Source: Balanoglossus misakiensis
Lineage: Eukaryota > Animalia > Hemichordata
Reading direction: 5' to 3'
Length of the DNA stretch: 64,000 bases
NCBI GenBank assembly: GCA_040954595.2
Contig: CM082582.2
Coordinates: forward strand, 12,419,677-12,483,676
Shown piece after piece: positions 12,394 to 25,300 of the stretch. Below the pieces are notes generated by a model. The model searched no databases, was not told the origin of the DNA, and saw only the letters and a list, made by a program, of their open reading frames with translations. Position 1 is the stretch's first letter; the number at the start of each line of letters is the position of its first letter. The position numbers were made by a program, and so were the translations under genes.

Positions 12394-14851
12394 TGCACGT
12401 TGTCTTCCGCTGCGCAAACTGATGTCACTATCCTCTTACGGAGATTATCTGCTCGGTGTTCGGGAGTGAATAAACTGAGCTGCTCTTTGTTGCTGCGTCT
12501 GAATCGCAATGATCAAACCAGAGTTTAAGCGTATACACGTACGATGCACATGCGCACAGTCTGCACACAGGTCACGTGGTAAAATATATTCTCATTTGAC
12601 GAGTAGGTTTGTGTTCATTAGTCTGTTTGTGTTAATAATACCATCGCTGTGCGCGCATGTCGTTTTGGAGCGTGATCGATAACCAAATGATTCGGAAACG
12701 CTCTCTGAGGGTATATAATTGCAATATCTATCCAACTATCGTTCATTTATGGCAAAACGACGTCCCGCTGTGCATATTTCTTTGCATCTATGTATTTACC
12801 GGCATTGATATGACCGAGCTTTCCACAAGCATCGGTATTATGATTATGAAAAGAACCTTTTTCCATAAGTGTCAGCAGATGGTAAAATTTGAACATAATC
12901 CTGAAGGGCGTTCTCAATTTCGTTCTTTGATATTTAAAACGCATAGACGGGTAGCATCCGAAGTGAGATCCAATATTTGTCCATGCGAAGCGATGCAGGG
13001 GTGTGTTGTTACCTAACAAAAATTCACCGCACAAATCCTCAGTATTTCGAGCAGGTCAAAATATTAATTCTGCGTTTCCAATTTTCCTGAGAGACGAGTT
13101 TCTGCAGTTCATCCATATGTCTGCAATTATTGCTGAAGGCAGCGTACGTGATCAAACCAGCAAATATGGATAGAATAAAATTGTTGGATAATAGGAAAAT
13201 GTGACTGTTTGTTTAGATTGAAATGAGTTTCCTTTTCGCATGTAAAAGGATGCTGGCGGATACAAGGATGTTTTGAAACGAGCTTTTTACGTTATATCCA
13301 GAGTAATTATAGATAATTATATTGCGTTAAAGAATTCTGTTATAGTAATGAGCGTTTCCGAACTATTCAATTTTCTGAGACTCGGTTTCGTAATGACCAT
13401 CTCTTTCTCCAATTATCATGCCACACGTGTGCACTGTATATTGTTATTATCCTTTGCGCACCATTCTGATTTCTATACAAAGTGTCTTTCATCTCCTTTC
13501 GTGCCTTTTCTGTCTCCGTTCGTCTCCCATTTTCCGTGCCTTCTTTCTTTCCTTTAGTAAATGAAAGACGTTTCTGTGCACCAAACGGAAACAATCACTC
13601 AACGCCATAGACTTGAAGAACCAGCATTCCTTCTGCATTGTTACCTATCATGGAAATTTTGAATTCAAATTAGCATGATAAAAAAACTAAAGTAACAAAC
13701 GTTTCCTGTTGGCCGATCTACTCTATTCTGTATCTTCTCCAGCCCTCTATCTAGTACAAAACCTTTCTCCATATGTCTGAGTAATCGGTTTCCAATCTTC
13801 ATGACACGTGTTTGATTTGAAGGAAAATGAGCGATTGCATCAATCGAAATAGGGAATTGCGCAGTCAGTAAATAGAATCGGGCATGGATTTGATTTTCTC
13901 GACTAATTTCCGGTGTTTCTATTGTCGATGAAATTTGACACCATCTACGTGTTGAGTTTGTGATGAGAGTTGTCGTTTGCTGACAAGATAAATGTAAAAG
14001 AATCAACAACTAGACGAGACACGTTCACTTTAATTTGTCTTCTCTTCGATATGTCGTCGGCTGATTGAAAATAACGACAGGTGAGGGTAATGGCACGATG
14101 GCCGCGACTGCTGAGAAACACGACTTATCGATTGAAAGAAAATGTATAGGTTTTTAGGTAGATGTTAGTTTTATCTCATCGTTCAGCAAGATACATGTTT
14201 TTTCCAGTCCCTGGACCCCTGTCCCACAATCCTTTGATGACCTTATGCCATTACCAACGTAGAGAAATTGCTTAAAATAGCTTCGTTTGTAATTCTGTAA
14301 GGTTTCAACTGATCATCTGATCGCATGCCGCCGTGTACCAAATGGAAACATGGCTCCATCTTTTATCGTCTGAGACGCCCTGTCGTCGTGTTCTAAGATC
14401 AAACTAACAAGCGCAAGTAAAGCTTGACATTTTCCTCCTTCACGATAAGACCACGCTGAATGTCAACATGCGTGTATACATTTGGTTTTCCAAGCCGACA
14501 CAGAATATAAATCGCGGCTTAATGCAGTCTATAAAGTCGTGGTTTTTCCTAGACAGACTGTATCTTAGTCTAACATAGTAATCCAATTATCTCCGTGTTT
14601 CGATCCACCCACATAGACATAGTGTCTCTGATCCAAGGTGAATTGTGGTATTCTAGCTTTGAGATCGTTATTTTTCATAGAATTACCTTAAAAGCTCGGC
14701 CTATGAATATAATTCTAGGCACACGTCCCTTTAGTCAGTAAATTGTAGTTATTTTAAAAATCTGCTTAGGGCCAATAATATTTCATAATGATATGCAAAA
14801 CTTTTCTGCGTATTAAGTATGCATATTATGTGGTGCTGAGCATCCACTAAG

Positions 14852-16360
14852 CTATAATATGCTGTCGGGCAGTTGAACAACAAAAGCATTCATTTGATGA
14901 GATTCACTTGGAAGCTTTTGACATTCAAGGCCACTGGAAATAAATTCTGTCTTTCCCGTCGCCATGTTGTAAACAGCGGTGTAGTCTGCACCGATCCGAT
15001 AGAGTGCGCCATCAATTGACAAGTATCGACTTCCCCCATTCGTCGTTCTGTCCAACCTGTCGTCTCGAATCACATCCACCCATGCAAGCTTTTTGAGTTT
15101 GTCATTATAACTTAATATATTAAGTGAAAGTCCCTCTCCTGTCAGTTTTTCTATGCAAGTGATTCGTTTATACTCGGGTATCAGAATGTTGATTGTGGTT
15201 CCATCACTTAATATGCAACACCACGGAGGATTGCGAATTGCAGGTAGTCGGAACGGATTCGACCATGTATTGAGGTTGGGGTCGTAACTGGCGACGGAGA
15301 CGTCATCAAACGGCGATTCAAAGAGGACAAATAGTTTGTCTTCGTGCGTTGTTATCGTATACCCGGCATATTGCAGAGAGAGTTGATCCATGGGAAAGTC
15401 GGGAAAGGGATTCATCCGTTCCCACTGATCTGATGGAAAGTCGTATCGCAGATGTACGCCTCTCCCGAAAACGAATAGATAGCCAGCCGCGGCCGCAAAG
15501 CGAAGATGCGGTAAATCTTCTTCTCGTTTGTCAACACCTAGCGGCTGCAATGTCTTCCATTCGTCAAGCTTGATGTCGTAAAGGAAAGATTTGTCACAAA
15601 TAACTCGGCTTGTCGAACTAGAGACATCATTGTACACTGTCCACCCGATGCAATAAATGAAATGCCCCTGTGATGCAAACTGAAGTTTTGATTTCGGTTG
15701 ACAGAGTGTTTCAGGAAGTCGTGTCAGTTCTTCCCATTTGTTTTGGTGGATATACTGAACACGTGGTCCCTTTACCGAATTCCTCCCAACTTCATTGCAG
15801 TTGTCTACACACACCGTTACAATCCCTTTCCTCGTCTTAAACGGCAGAGTAGCAGCTCGGTGCTTTTCTTCATCTGTTAAATACAGATCGAATTCCGTTG
15901 TCCCTTTAAGTCTACGATAATTGTCGCTAACATATTGGAGGACGACCTCCTTAAGTAGGTCGCAGTTGTATTTATAAGCAATTTGATTGAATGCAGTCCA
16001 GTTTTCCAATCCGATGTGCTCGCTCAGTGCTTTGATAGCTGTGTGAATTTGAAGAAAATCAGCAGCAGCGACCGTTTCTTCAACTTCTGCATCACTAAGT
16101 CCCATTTTCCCAGTTTCTATGAACCCGATCAGAATTTTCATAGCGTTGGCAGTCGGAATTGGCCCCTTCAACTCGATTTCATTCTGATCGTTCTCCTCCC
16201 ACAGTCCCGAGAACATCGAACGAAAGTAATCACTGGCCGTCACGAGATGGCGCACAGAGACTTGAAACAGTTTTCCATGTACCCGTATCCGTACTGGACA
16301 TTCGCCTACCGCAGTAGCTGCGCGTGCACTGGTCGTTAGTTTCATTTCTCCTTCCTTCAT
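14852..16360 (-). CDS. Intronless BTB/POZ + partial BACK + degenerate Kelch-repeat protein (KLHL/KBTBD-like Cullin-3 adaptor), 502 aa
   Basis: Single 1.5-kb ORF. The first ATG is at 16360; the ORF-track start at 16372 is TTG. It has a BTB motif (LVTASDYFRSMFSGLWEE...IELKG...AADFLQI), a BACK-like segment (ENW...IAYKYNCDLL) and Kelch-like strands (GHFIYCIG, YDIKLDEW, GYLFVFG, YDFPSDQW, YDPNLNTW). Possible 5'UTR acceptor near 16537 and donors near 17312 and 17552. Confidence 0.85.
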   Translation of the reverse strand: MKEGEMKLTTSARAATAVGECPVRIRVHGKLFQVSVRHLVTASDYFRSMFSGLWEENDQNEIELKGPIPTANAMKILIGFIETGKMGLSDAEVEETVAAADFLQIHTAIKALSEHIGLENWTAFNQIAYKYNCDLLKEVVLQYVSDNYRRLKGTTEFDLYLTDEEKHRAATLPFKTRKGIVTVCVDNCNEVGRNSVKGPRVQYIHQNKWEELTRLPETLCQPKSKLQFASQGHFIYCIGWTVYNDVSSSTSRVICDKSFLYDIKLDEWKTLQPLGVDKREEDLPHLRFAAAAGYLFVFGRGVHLRYDFPSDQWERMNPFPDFPMDQLSLQYAGYTITTHEDKLFVLFESPFDDVSVASYDPNLNTWSNPFRLPAIRNPPWCCILSDGTTINILIPEYKRITCIEKLTGEGLSLNILSYNDKLKKLAWVDVIRDDRLDRTTNGGSRYLSIDGALYRIGADYTAVYNMATGKTEFISSGLECQKLPSESHQMNAFVVQLPDSIL

Positions 16361-19181
16361 TCCCTTCTTCAAAAATGGTGATTAATCATTATTTTTATTT
16401 CGTGTATGCGTGCGCAGTCCCTCCACCGGGTCCCTTGACAAACATCCCTTCTGTACTTTTGGAGGAACTAAAATGCTTCCTGAGGGGATGTGAGATATTG
16501 CACTGCCTTTATCTCGTTCGTGCAGGACGTCCTGTCCTGTAAAGACGAGTTAAATGTTTACACAATATTTTGAAATTTGAATATTTTGGTCAAAATAACT
16601 GCATGCAATGTTGTCTCGGGTTAGCATTGGAAGAAAGAGAGAGACATAGACTGAGGTTTAATATTGCATTGTAATTCCGAATTCGTTCAGAGATTAGTAG
16701 ATGCCTATTCTCAAAAAAACTTTAGCTGTGCAGCTTTCCTTCAACAAAAATAATCGTCACAGTCCTGTGTATTTTTGACAGGCTGAAGTGTTTGTTCTGG
16801 TGCGAAACGAACAAAGTCAACCGTTATGCAGTACTGAGAGAAAACAGTCAGTTTGAAAGGGGCCAGAGAATCCGAATAGATCTATTCACGGCACCACATC
16901 TGTCAATTTGTTATGCAAATACACTACCCTCATTTTACTATTGTTAATGATTTCAGCCTGGGCGACACAAAGCCCGGATTTCAATTCGGAAGCTTTGAAT
17001 AGAGCGTATATGCGCGCCGGGTAGGCCTATAAGCCATTTATGACTTTTGTTCGTGAAGAGGTGTGCATAAAACAATGATAAAACATACACTGTCTAATTA
17101 AAGATATTAAAGTTTAAAATATCATTTGACGATAACAATATTTGACACCAACCGTTGTAAACTATTGATGAAAAAACTGGGTGATTATTAATTCAAATAA
17201 TATATTGGATTGTGATCCATATTATTCAGAAACGTTAATCAAGATTCACCATATTGCTGTCTCCGTTTCGATAAAAATTTCCGACCCAATATCCGATGGA
17301 AAAAAACCTTACCTGCTATCATAAATTTTCGTTTCAGAATGATGACCATTCGCCACAACGCAGTCTACTGAATGAACAGATGAATGATATCACTGTGTAC
17401 ACACAACATGTGCCGTGTAACGGTGAAAAAGGTCAGTGAATTATATTATAATAATTATTGGATATTGTGACGTCACTGGGCCTCCCCTGATAGAGGGCGT
17501 CTATGTAACGCAGCGATGCGCAGCGATATAAGCGAAACCATAAAAAAACTTACCTTAATAACGTACACAGACGACTACTGAAACTTTGTATTTTTCAAAA
17601 GTTTATTGAGAGTGAGAATTGCATTAAGAGAGTTTGCTATTCAGCAAATGCAAAAATTGCAAAAGTCTTAGAAATATTGTAATATATATAGCTCCTGTAC
17701 AGGAGAAATAAGTTTGTGGTGATACGTTCACAACTATATTTCGACATAAAATGTGATAGATCGTGACGAAATCTTAGCTTGGCGCTATGATTACATTGAA
17801 TGTGACCAATTACAATCCCAAATACCCATCACGTGACTAAAATATTTAAATAATTCGAAAAAATTGAAGTCAACTTCAAAATTTGAGAATGAAATTATTC
17901 TATCAATGGAAAAATGTGACTATGTCACTTTCTACATCAAATAACGTAATAAAGTTAAACTTTAGTGAAAAATGGAAAATAACAACTAGTCTATAATGTG
18001 ATGATAATCACGTGACACGAGTGGAAAGTATTTGAATCAAATCCAAACAGGAGGGCCGGAAGTAACAGTGCGCTGCAGGGCGGTGTTGGATCTTGTAAAG
18101 TCGGCACCTGATACATTTATGGCACCAAAACACCGAGCACGTCATTGTGACGTCAGCAGACCGTTGAACATCACAGCGCTCTCCATCACGTGATGACGTT
18201 TAATACATCTAATTTATGCGCCTAAGTTGAAAAGTGAAAATTGACAATTATCTGTGTTTTCAACTAATCACACACAATGTGCTAATGATACATTTATGTC
18301 AAAGTGGAATAATTAATTTCTAATCTAAACTGGTTAAAAAGTGAAAACCGACCACTTCCAAATATGCCCATGTTTAACCTCGTTACGATAGTCGTTAAAA
18401 AGTTAGTAAATGTTAGAGATGTACAGCCGATGATCCGAATAAATAAACCTTAAAATTAGTAAATTTTGCTAGGATAATTAAAAGCTAGTTATTCGATATA
18501 TACTAGACTACTTATTGTGCTATTTTTGTGTTAGCTGACTGTGGTAATAGGCGATCGATGTATGAAATCATTTCGGTATTAAAGACAGCTAATCATGAAC
18601 AGAAACATTCTCTGGAGTTCCCGTTATGGGCATACATTAAGGTGACGTCACCAAGTGTAGGTACCTAATTTTAGCCTAAAATCTCTGACAAATTTACGTG
18701 AAAAAAACTGAAAATTCGTGTAGCCATCTTCTTTTATCCAGTTTTCTTATTTGAATATCAACTGCGTATTTGCATATTCATAATGAAGGGTTGTAACAAA
18801 ACATCCTTGAACGGGGTGATCAGCAGTAGTCGATTTGTAGTACATGTAGCTGGGGGACTTGTTGGAACGGAAATCCTCATATATTGGACAAGATGGCGAC
18901 TAAGCCTTTCAGTACAGATATCGGATTTTACACGAAACATGACACTCAGAATTATCCATAATGGTCAAATTTAGGCACTACACTTGAAATGTCTCATAAC
19001 ATGGTCTAATAAATACAGAGTTGTGTTCTTTTAGAGAGAGAGAGCTTTTCACCTATACCAAACCCACTTCTGCTGAATGACTCCGATAAAGGAATTTTTA
19101 CCCAGAGCTTAATACTTGTAAGTCAAAAAGTTTTACAAGACTTCGGTAAAATTGATGTTGCGAAATTCTTAATCCAACCCT

Positions 19182-19319
19182 TTAACTTTCTTGTTCATCA
19201 TCTATTCCGGGACATAAAACCATCTTAAGTTCGGCTTTATTTAATTGTCCATCGCCATCAAAATCACATAATTTGAGCAACTGGTCTTTCAATTCTTCGA
19301 GTCCCGATTCGGTTACATC
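19182..19319 (-). CDS. Calbindin-like alternative terminal exon 11b
   Basis: cttttt-cttctctag|DVTESGLEELKDQLLKLCDFDGDGQLNKAELKMVLCPGIDDEQES* (TAA), phase 0. Confidence 0.85.
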   Translation of the reverse strand, partial: DVTESGLEELKDQLLKLCDFDGDGQLNKAELKMVLCPGIDDEQES

Positions 19320-22300
19320 CTAGAGAAGAAAAAGCGAAATGCTTGATCTGTAAAGTAGACCACAGTCTGAGATAATATAAGAATTTATATTTTTTTCTTT
19401 ACTTTTAATGTGCAAAATGTTCATTAAGTATTATGGTGAGCACCCATTCCCAGCATGTTTTATTATGCAATACACGCGTCAGATAAAAAAGTAAAAAATA
19501 CAAAAGTGAAAGTAACAAAAAATAATCGACGCATTTCAGCATGGAGTTGAAGGGTAACGAGGGTTAGTAGAAGGGCGCCCCCTTTCAACGGCGACGTTTG
19601 CTGATGATGAATTTGACAGACGTCTGATGTCAGCCATCTTGATTTCATTCACTCGTCACCGGGACGGTCTCCAGTGCATAACACCATTCTCAACTCGTCC
19701 TTCTGCAGGGTGCCGTCCTTATTGACATCGCAGATTTCAAGCAAGGCTTTGACATTGTCTTCGAGGGTCTTAATGGCTAACTCCTGGAATGGGAGGGGGA
19801 AATGGGTGGTGGGATATAATTTAGACATACGTAGTAGGTTAGATAGATGAGCATTTGGGATATTACCGTGTTCAGATGGAGGTTGTCTTTTATAAGGAAT
19901 TTATCGTGTTAGCTACACCAACGCAAGTTAAAGAAACAAAAAATAAACGAATCTACAACTTTGAAAGACCAAGGGCACAGACAAGCGCCGTGGGTATAGG
20001 CTGATGAGGCAAGATGAGTGCATTATGGAGACGGAAGGCTTGGGGTGACTTTGGAAAATACTGCAAGGGACACATACATGCACAAATAGGCAGCAGGAAG
20101 CAGGCGTGCTATCTTTATTTGGACTGAAGACTTTCTGATGATTTCTCCCCAAATCAAAAGAACGCACATCTTTGTTTCATCGGTAAAGATGACCATAACG
20201 ATAACGCTTCAGGTTTTTATGTTGTCCCGTTAGAATGGAAATCTTGTTGTTGTGAAGCCCATAAGGTATCTCACATTACCAGGAAAGTAACTGGTTATTT
20301 CCAATATGGCGACTGAATAAAACCAGTTAAATCTGGTTTTATGCAGCAGTTATAAAGTAGTACAGATGTAGGATGGATAAATCAATACAACATAGTCAAA
20401 CACCATCAGTTTCCATATATATGATGAAATATCGATGATGTCTCGTATCGGTTAAAACCGGTACATTGATTGCCATGGCAACGAACGATAAATAAGCTTA
20501 TGTAGGCTTTATTGTCATTTTGGATATTTGAACGTTTGTGAATTTTAACTATACGGTCGGTGTCTTTGGAAAGACAGTTGTATCAGTTTAGAAGCAACAT
20601 CGAATGCAGAAATGCACTTTAATACATTGAGATGCATGCTGCAAGCAAAATTACGACTACGGCGTTTCAACATTCCAGACAAAAGACATCAATGCATCAT
20701 GCCGCTAACGACTTCAGCAATTTAACCAAAGATGAAAATTCACATTTATGCAAATTTATCAGCAAGATTTTTTCCATCATTCTTTTTAGTGAAATTTTGG
20801 TGTGTATCGATTGCTAGTACGTCCAAGTGTTAAACACGTCGTCCAGAATCATTTATTCACTCAGCCAAGTACTTGTACTGAAATATAATTAATTAGAAAA
20901 TCATCTATCACGTGACCACATACCTCATCTTCATGTTCCATCAGGTCTTTGAGGAATCCCGACAGTTCAGCGCCCTCTATCTTGCCATTTTTGTCCTGTG
21001 TTTGAAAGCAAGTAGGGTGTATGGTGATAAATCATGTAGCTAAACGTAGATCGGTCTTAAGCTTTACATGTCGAATACTGAGATTTTCAGTTGGAAACCG
21101 TTGCAGCTTGGGATTGCCATGAGGCTGGTGAACGTTAGATTTGTTTCCAAAGGTCATGTGACTCAAAGGAACGACATAGTCTTGATTTGTGAACAAACTT
21201 ACCTTGTCATAATGATCAAACACTCTGTTGAACTCTTTCTTCGTCAGCACGGCTTTACCCTGATTCGTAAACAATGGGATAAGACATGCGTGAGGTCACG
21301 TGCTTTGTGCTACGTCATTCACGTGTCAATAATTAGCATATATGTGACTCGAATACAAAGGTGAAATGTGTGCGATTGGTGACTGAGAATATATGATATA
21401 TATATATTTTGAGAGAAAAGAGAAGAAAATAGATAAGAAAGGAAGATAGAAGAAGAAGAAATAAATGCAGAATGTAGCAAAATATAAATGAATACAAGTT
21501 AAAATGTGGACATGTAAAGCGACGTAAAAAGACGGAGCATGCGTACGACGAACAGAGTTAGTTAAATGCTGAGGGGAATCAATAGTGAATTAGTAAATTG
21601 TATTATTACGTATTAGGCATACTCACTGCTTTTCCAGGCTTCAGAGAACCCTGCGAGCAATTTTGAATAGGTCATTTTCAATATGAGACTATTCACCATG
21701 CATTTACTTAATTAAGTCCATACACCGAGAGAGCTTTTTGAAAACTAAAATTTTCAAAGATGTGACTCGGTGATGGAATTTAAACACCAAAATATTTACT
21801 GACTGGACTGAAATATGGATTGACCGGGACGCGGGCAGTGGTAGCCAAGAGTTAGTTGTTAAAAAGTTAAGAAGAAGTGGACAGGTCACAGAAAAAAACG
21901 ATACAGAATTTCCAGTGTTCAACAGAGCTTCGACAAAACAGAAGCAACAGTCTCCTCATTTGCATATATGTCTTACGTCATGCCGCCTCAATATGGCGCC
22001 TTCCATCAGGCAGCAAACCCATGCACAGTCATATTCCGATGATTCGGTGCGTTTTATCACTGCATTCTCCAAGCAGGTTTTATAGAATTATAACGTGCTT
22101 TATGGAGAAGTATTCATTCTTCATAGTAAGGGTGACCATTTGAATATAATTTACGCAAGTAAGATGTGGCGGCCATTTAAGATAAAAAGTCTCTAGTAAG
22201 GCGCAGCTTCAATGATTGTATTAAAAGGCAACATCAAGACACACTAATGCGGAACTCTCTTTAAGCAGATGGTCTGTTTTACTTTATAACTGCATATTAC

Positions 22301-25300
22301 ACCCGACAAGTTCATTAATTCATAATTTATCTTCAATTCTAGCAAATAACCAAGTTGCCTGGCCGCGCAATTACCAGGTTAAAATTACGATTCTCAACAT
22401 GTTCTGTCACCAGTCTTACTTACCTCAAAGCGCATGAGGAAATTCTCTTTGACTGGGAGGAGTCTGCAAGAAAAATAGAAAAACAAGTCAACACGCATAA
22501 CGATAGTTAAAACACCTGGAAAATGCTCAAACTCGCTCAGATCTGTTTCCAAGAACAATCGTTGACCCGGCTGAGTCGAGTTCAAAATCAGAAATTGCCA
22601 AAGGTTCTTCAAATCTATAAATACACGACATCCGTCACAGCTGCTATTACAATTCCAAAGCAAAGAAATCGAAGATGTCTGAGAGCAAATATCGGCACTA
22701 TCGAATTTAATTTCCTGGCTCATAGGTGTGTTTCCCCTGATCGGTGTTTCAACAACAAAAAGACTCTGTCGCAAATTACCTGGCCATTTCCTTGATTTCC
22801 AACTTGCCGTCTTTGTTAGAATCGAAATGTTCCAACTACAGGAAAGAAGCAGACAGTTGTCATTGAATATTTGTGTTAGACTTTCACCCCGGAATCATGA
22901 CTTTCATATCCAATATCTCGCACCTTTTAAATTATTCATTATCCATTAGGAATGGTTGTTATTCGAGGAAGCCTGTTTCCATAAAGCCATTTTAGATCGA
23001 AGAATAAAATAAAAACGGTGTGATTCGTACATTGGACTGGCTTCGAGAAATTGCACACTTCTGATAGGCTGGAAAATCGCGCACTGAATGAACAATATTG
23101 TCATACTGTACGGTACATTTCCTGGTTTTCAAAGCTAAACCCGTGGCGCTGGTTGATAACGAGAGATCTGAGATCTAGCTTTCAGCACACATCAAAACTT
23201 TACAGCTTTAAAGGATCAATTGTATTTTATTGCTTGTACTTACAATGGCTTTGGTGTATTCGCCCAATTTGTCATCTGGTACGGAGGCATTTGCTTTGGC
23301 TAGGAGGTCTGCAAGGAATGCCTGTCGAGAAAGTGATAATGAAATTCAATTGAAAACTTGTCTGACTACATCAACTGCCCGGTGACACGGTTTGTGAGTT
23401 ACCCAGTGGCAATCATATTTATGTCCCTGTCACATTCAGGAATTTGTCTGCTGGGGCTGTGCCTGCCATTGAGTGAATATTCTCTGAAGGGAAGTGTACT
23501 CAAAAGCTATTTTAATTATTTTCTGCCGATTAACAATGTCTATCGCTAGTACAGTTCGATCAAATGACCCTTTTAAATATTTAATAATGCCAGTAAAATA
23601 TGACGATCGATCAAGATTCTGGAGACGATGGTGGTCATCGTTAATGATGACAATAACGCGTTTAGGGGGATGCAAAGTAAAATAATTAGGACGTCTGCTC
23701 ACGTGTTTCTCTAATTAAACGATAAGTCCCCCCCTCTCTCTCACTTTACTTACAAAAGATTGATCCTACCTTCAATTCATTGCTTTCAATGTATCCACTT
23801 CTATCCGTGTCATATTTTCTCCATGCCTGAAAAAACCCGAAAGAAAGATAAGAATGAAAACGATTGTAAAGTTACAGGTGTTACCAGTCTTGAATGAAAG
23901 TACGAGAAGTCAGAACACCGTTCGCCGACGAAAGCAACATTTATGTTCAGCTTATATAAGTCTATCGAAATAGGAGTCGTGAAGTCACATAAGACAGAAC
24001 TTGTCTAAACAGGAATGAAATGTACTCACTTCCATAAATTCTACACTGGATCGAAGTGGTTGGTTTTGACGGAATAACATCAAGAAGTTCTCGTCAGTTG
24101 GTAGAATATTTGACAGCTATTTCATAGAAAAAAATTGCTCTGGTGAGTTTTAAATCGCTGATACGCATCCCTCCCTCCATCAATCAACCAATCCAGGTAT
24201 GCAACCATGCATACATGTCAACTACATGCATATATCACAAATTCACTTGCAAGTCATTAATATAGAAAAACGACACATCTAAACCCTCGCATCTCTTGTC
24301 AGCTTTGACGTATTTGAATAACACACACTATTCCGTTTTCATGGATTATAAAATTGCTTGTCAATTTCGTATATTCACAAAGAACCCCAGACATAAAACT
24401 CTCCTTAGTGGCCTCAATAGTCAATGCACTTTTCCATATCATTCGGACTCAAATTAAGCTAAAAGCTTATTAGATATAAATAATTAATTACGTCTATAAT
24501 ATATGTATCATTTAAATTACTCTAACCTCGGCCCTTGATATCTTCCCGTCTTCGTTCACATCATAAGCTTCCATAAACTGCTGCTTCATATCCGCCAGCA
24601 TGGTTTCCGAGATCGTCTGTGACATGTGAAAAAATATGTATCGTTTAATCTCTAAGAAGGTGCAAATTTTTAATTTTTGTATAGTGGTCGTATGCAAGTT
24701 TAATGTGTATGTTCATAATATGCTCTGCATGGATTTGTGAAAATTGGGGAAGGCATCCATGGTTAGTATTTGGAACGTGTGTTTAATCAAATATCTCTTC
24801 CGTTGCTTCTTGTGTTGTAGAAGCACAGACAAAATCGCTGATGACGACAGCAAAACATATTTAATCGATCTTTGGCATTTAAAAGTCTTCGATCGACATA
24901 AGCCCAGGCTGCAAATAGATGATTTTACCTACGGTTTCTATTGTAAGACACGAACATTAGTAACTCCGGTCCTCAAAGAAATTGCCTGAATTTTTTCTTT
25001 TGTCGTCAATTGAAAAAGATTCCAAAACTCTTTGCATTTATTCGGTGTAAATATTGGATCTAAGGAGTTGTTGTCTCGGTAAGCGTCGTGACACCAATTC
25101 GACAGATAACAGTTAAACGATTGAAGACCCTTAGAAAGTTTTTCAATGCATACTTCTTCTCAGCCTTTTCAAATAATATGAACACTATTATTTCAAAGGA
25201 AAAAAACTGCCTTCCTGATCAACGTGAAGTAAAAAAACATGGCCGCTTATATAATAAATGGGAAACATAAAACAATATAAAGCAAAACCAGACTTTTCAA

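Noticed and set aside
19928-20300. Possible third alternative terminal exon in calbindin intron 10
   Set aside because: I found no EF-loop pattern or suitable phase-0 exon.
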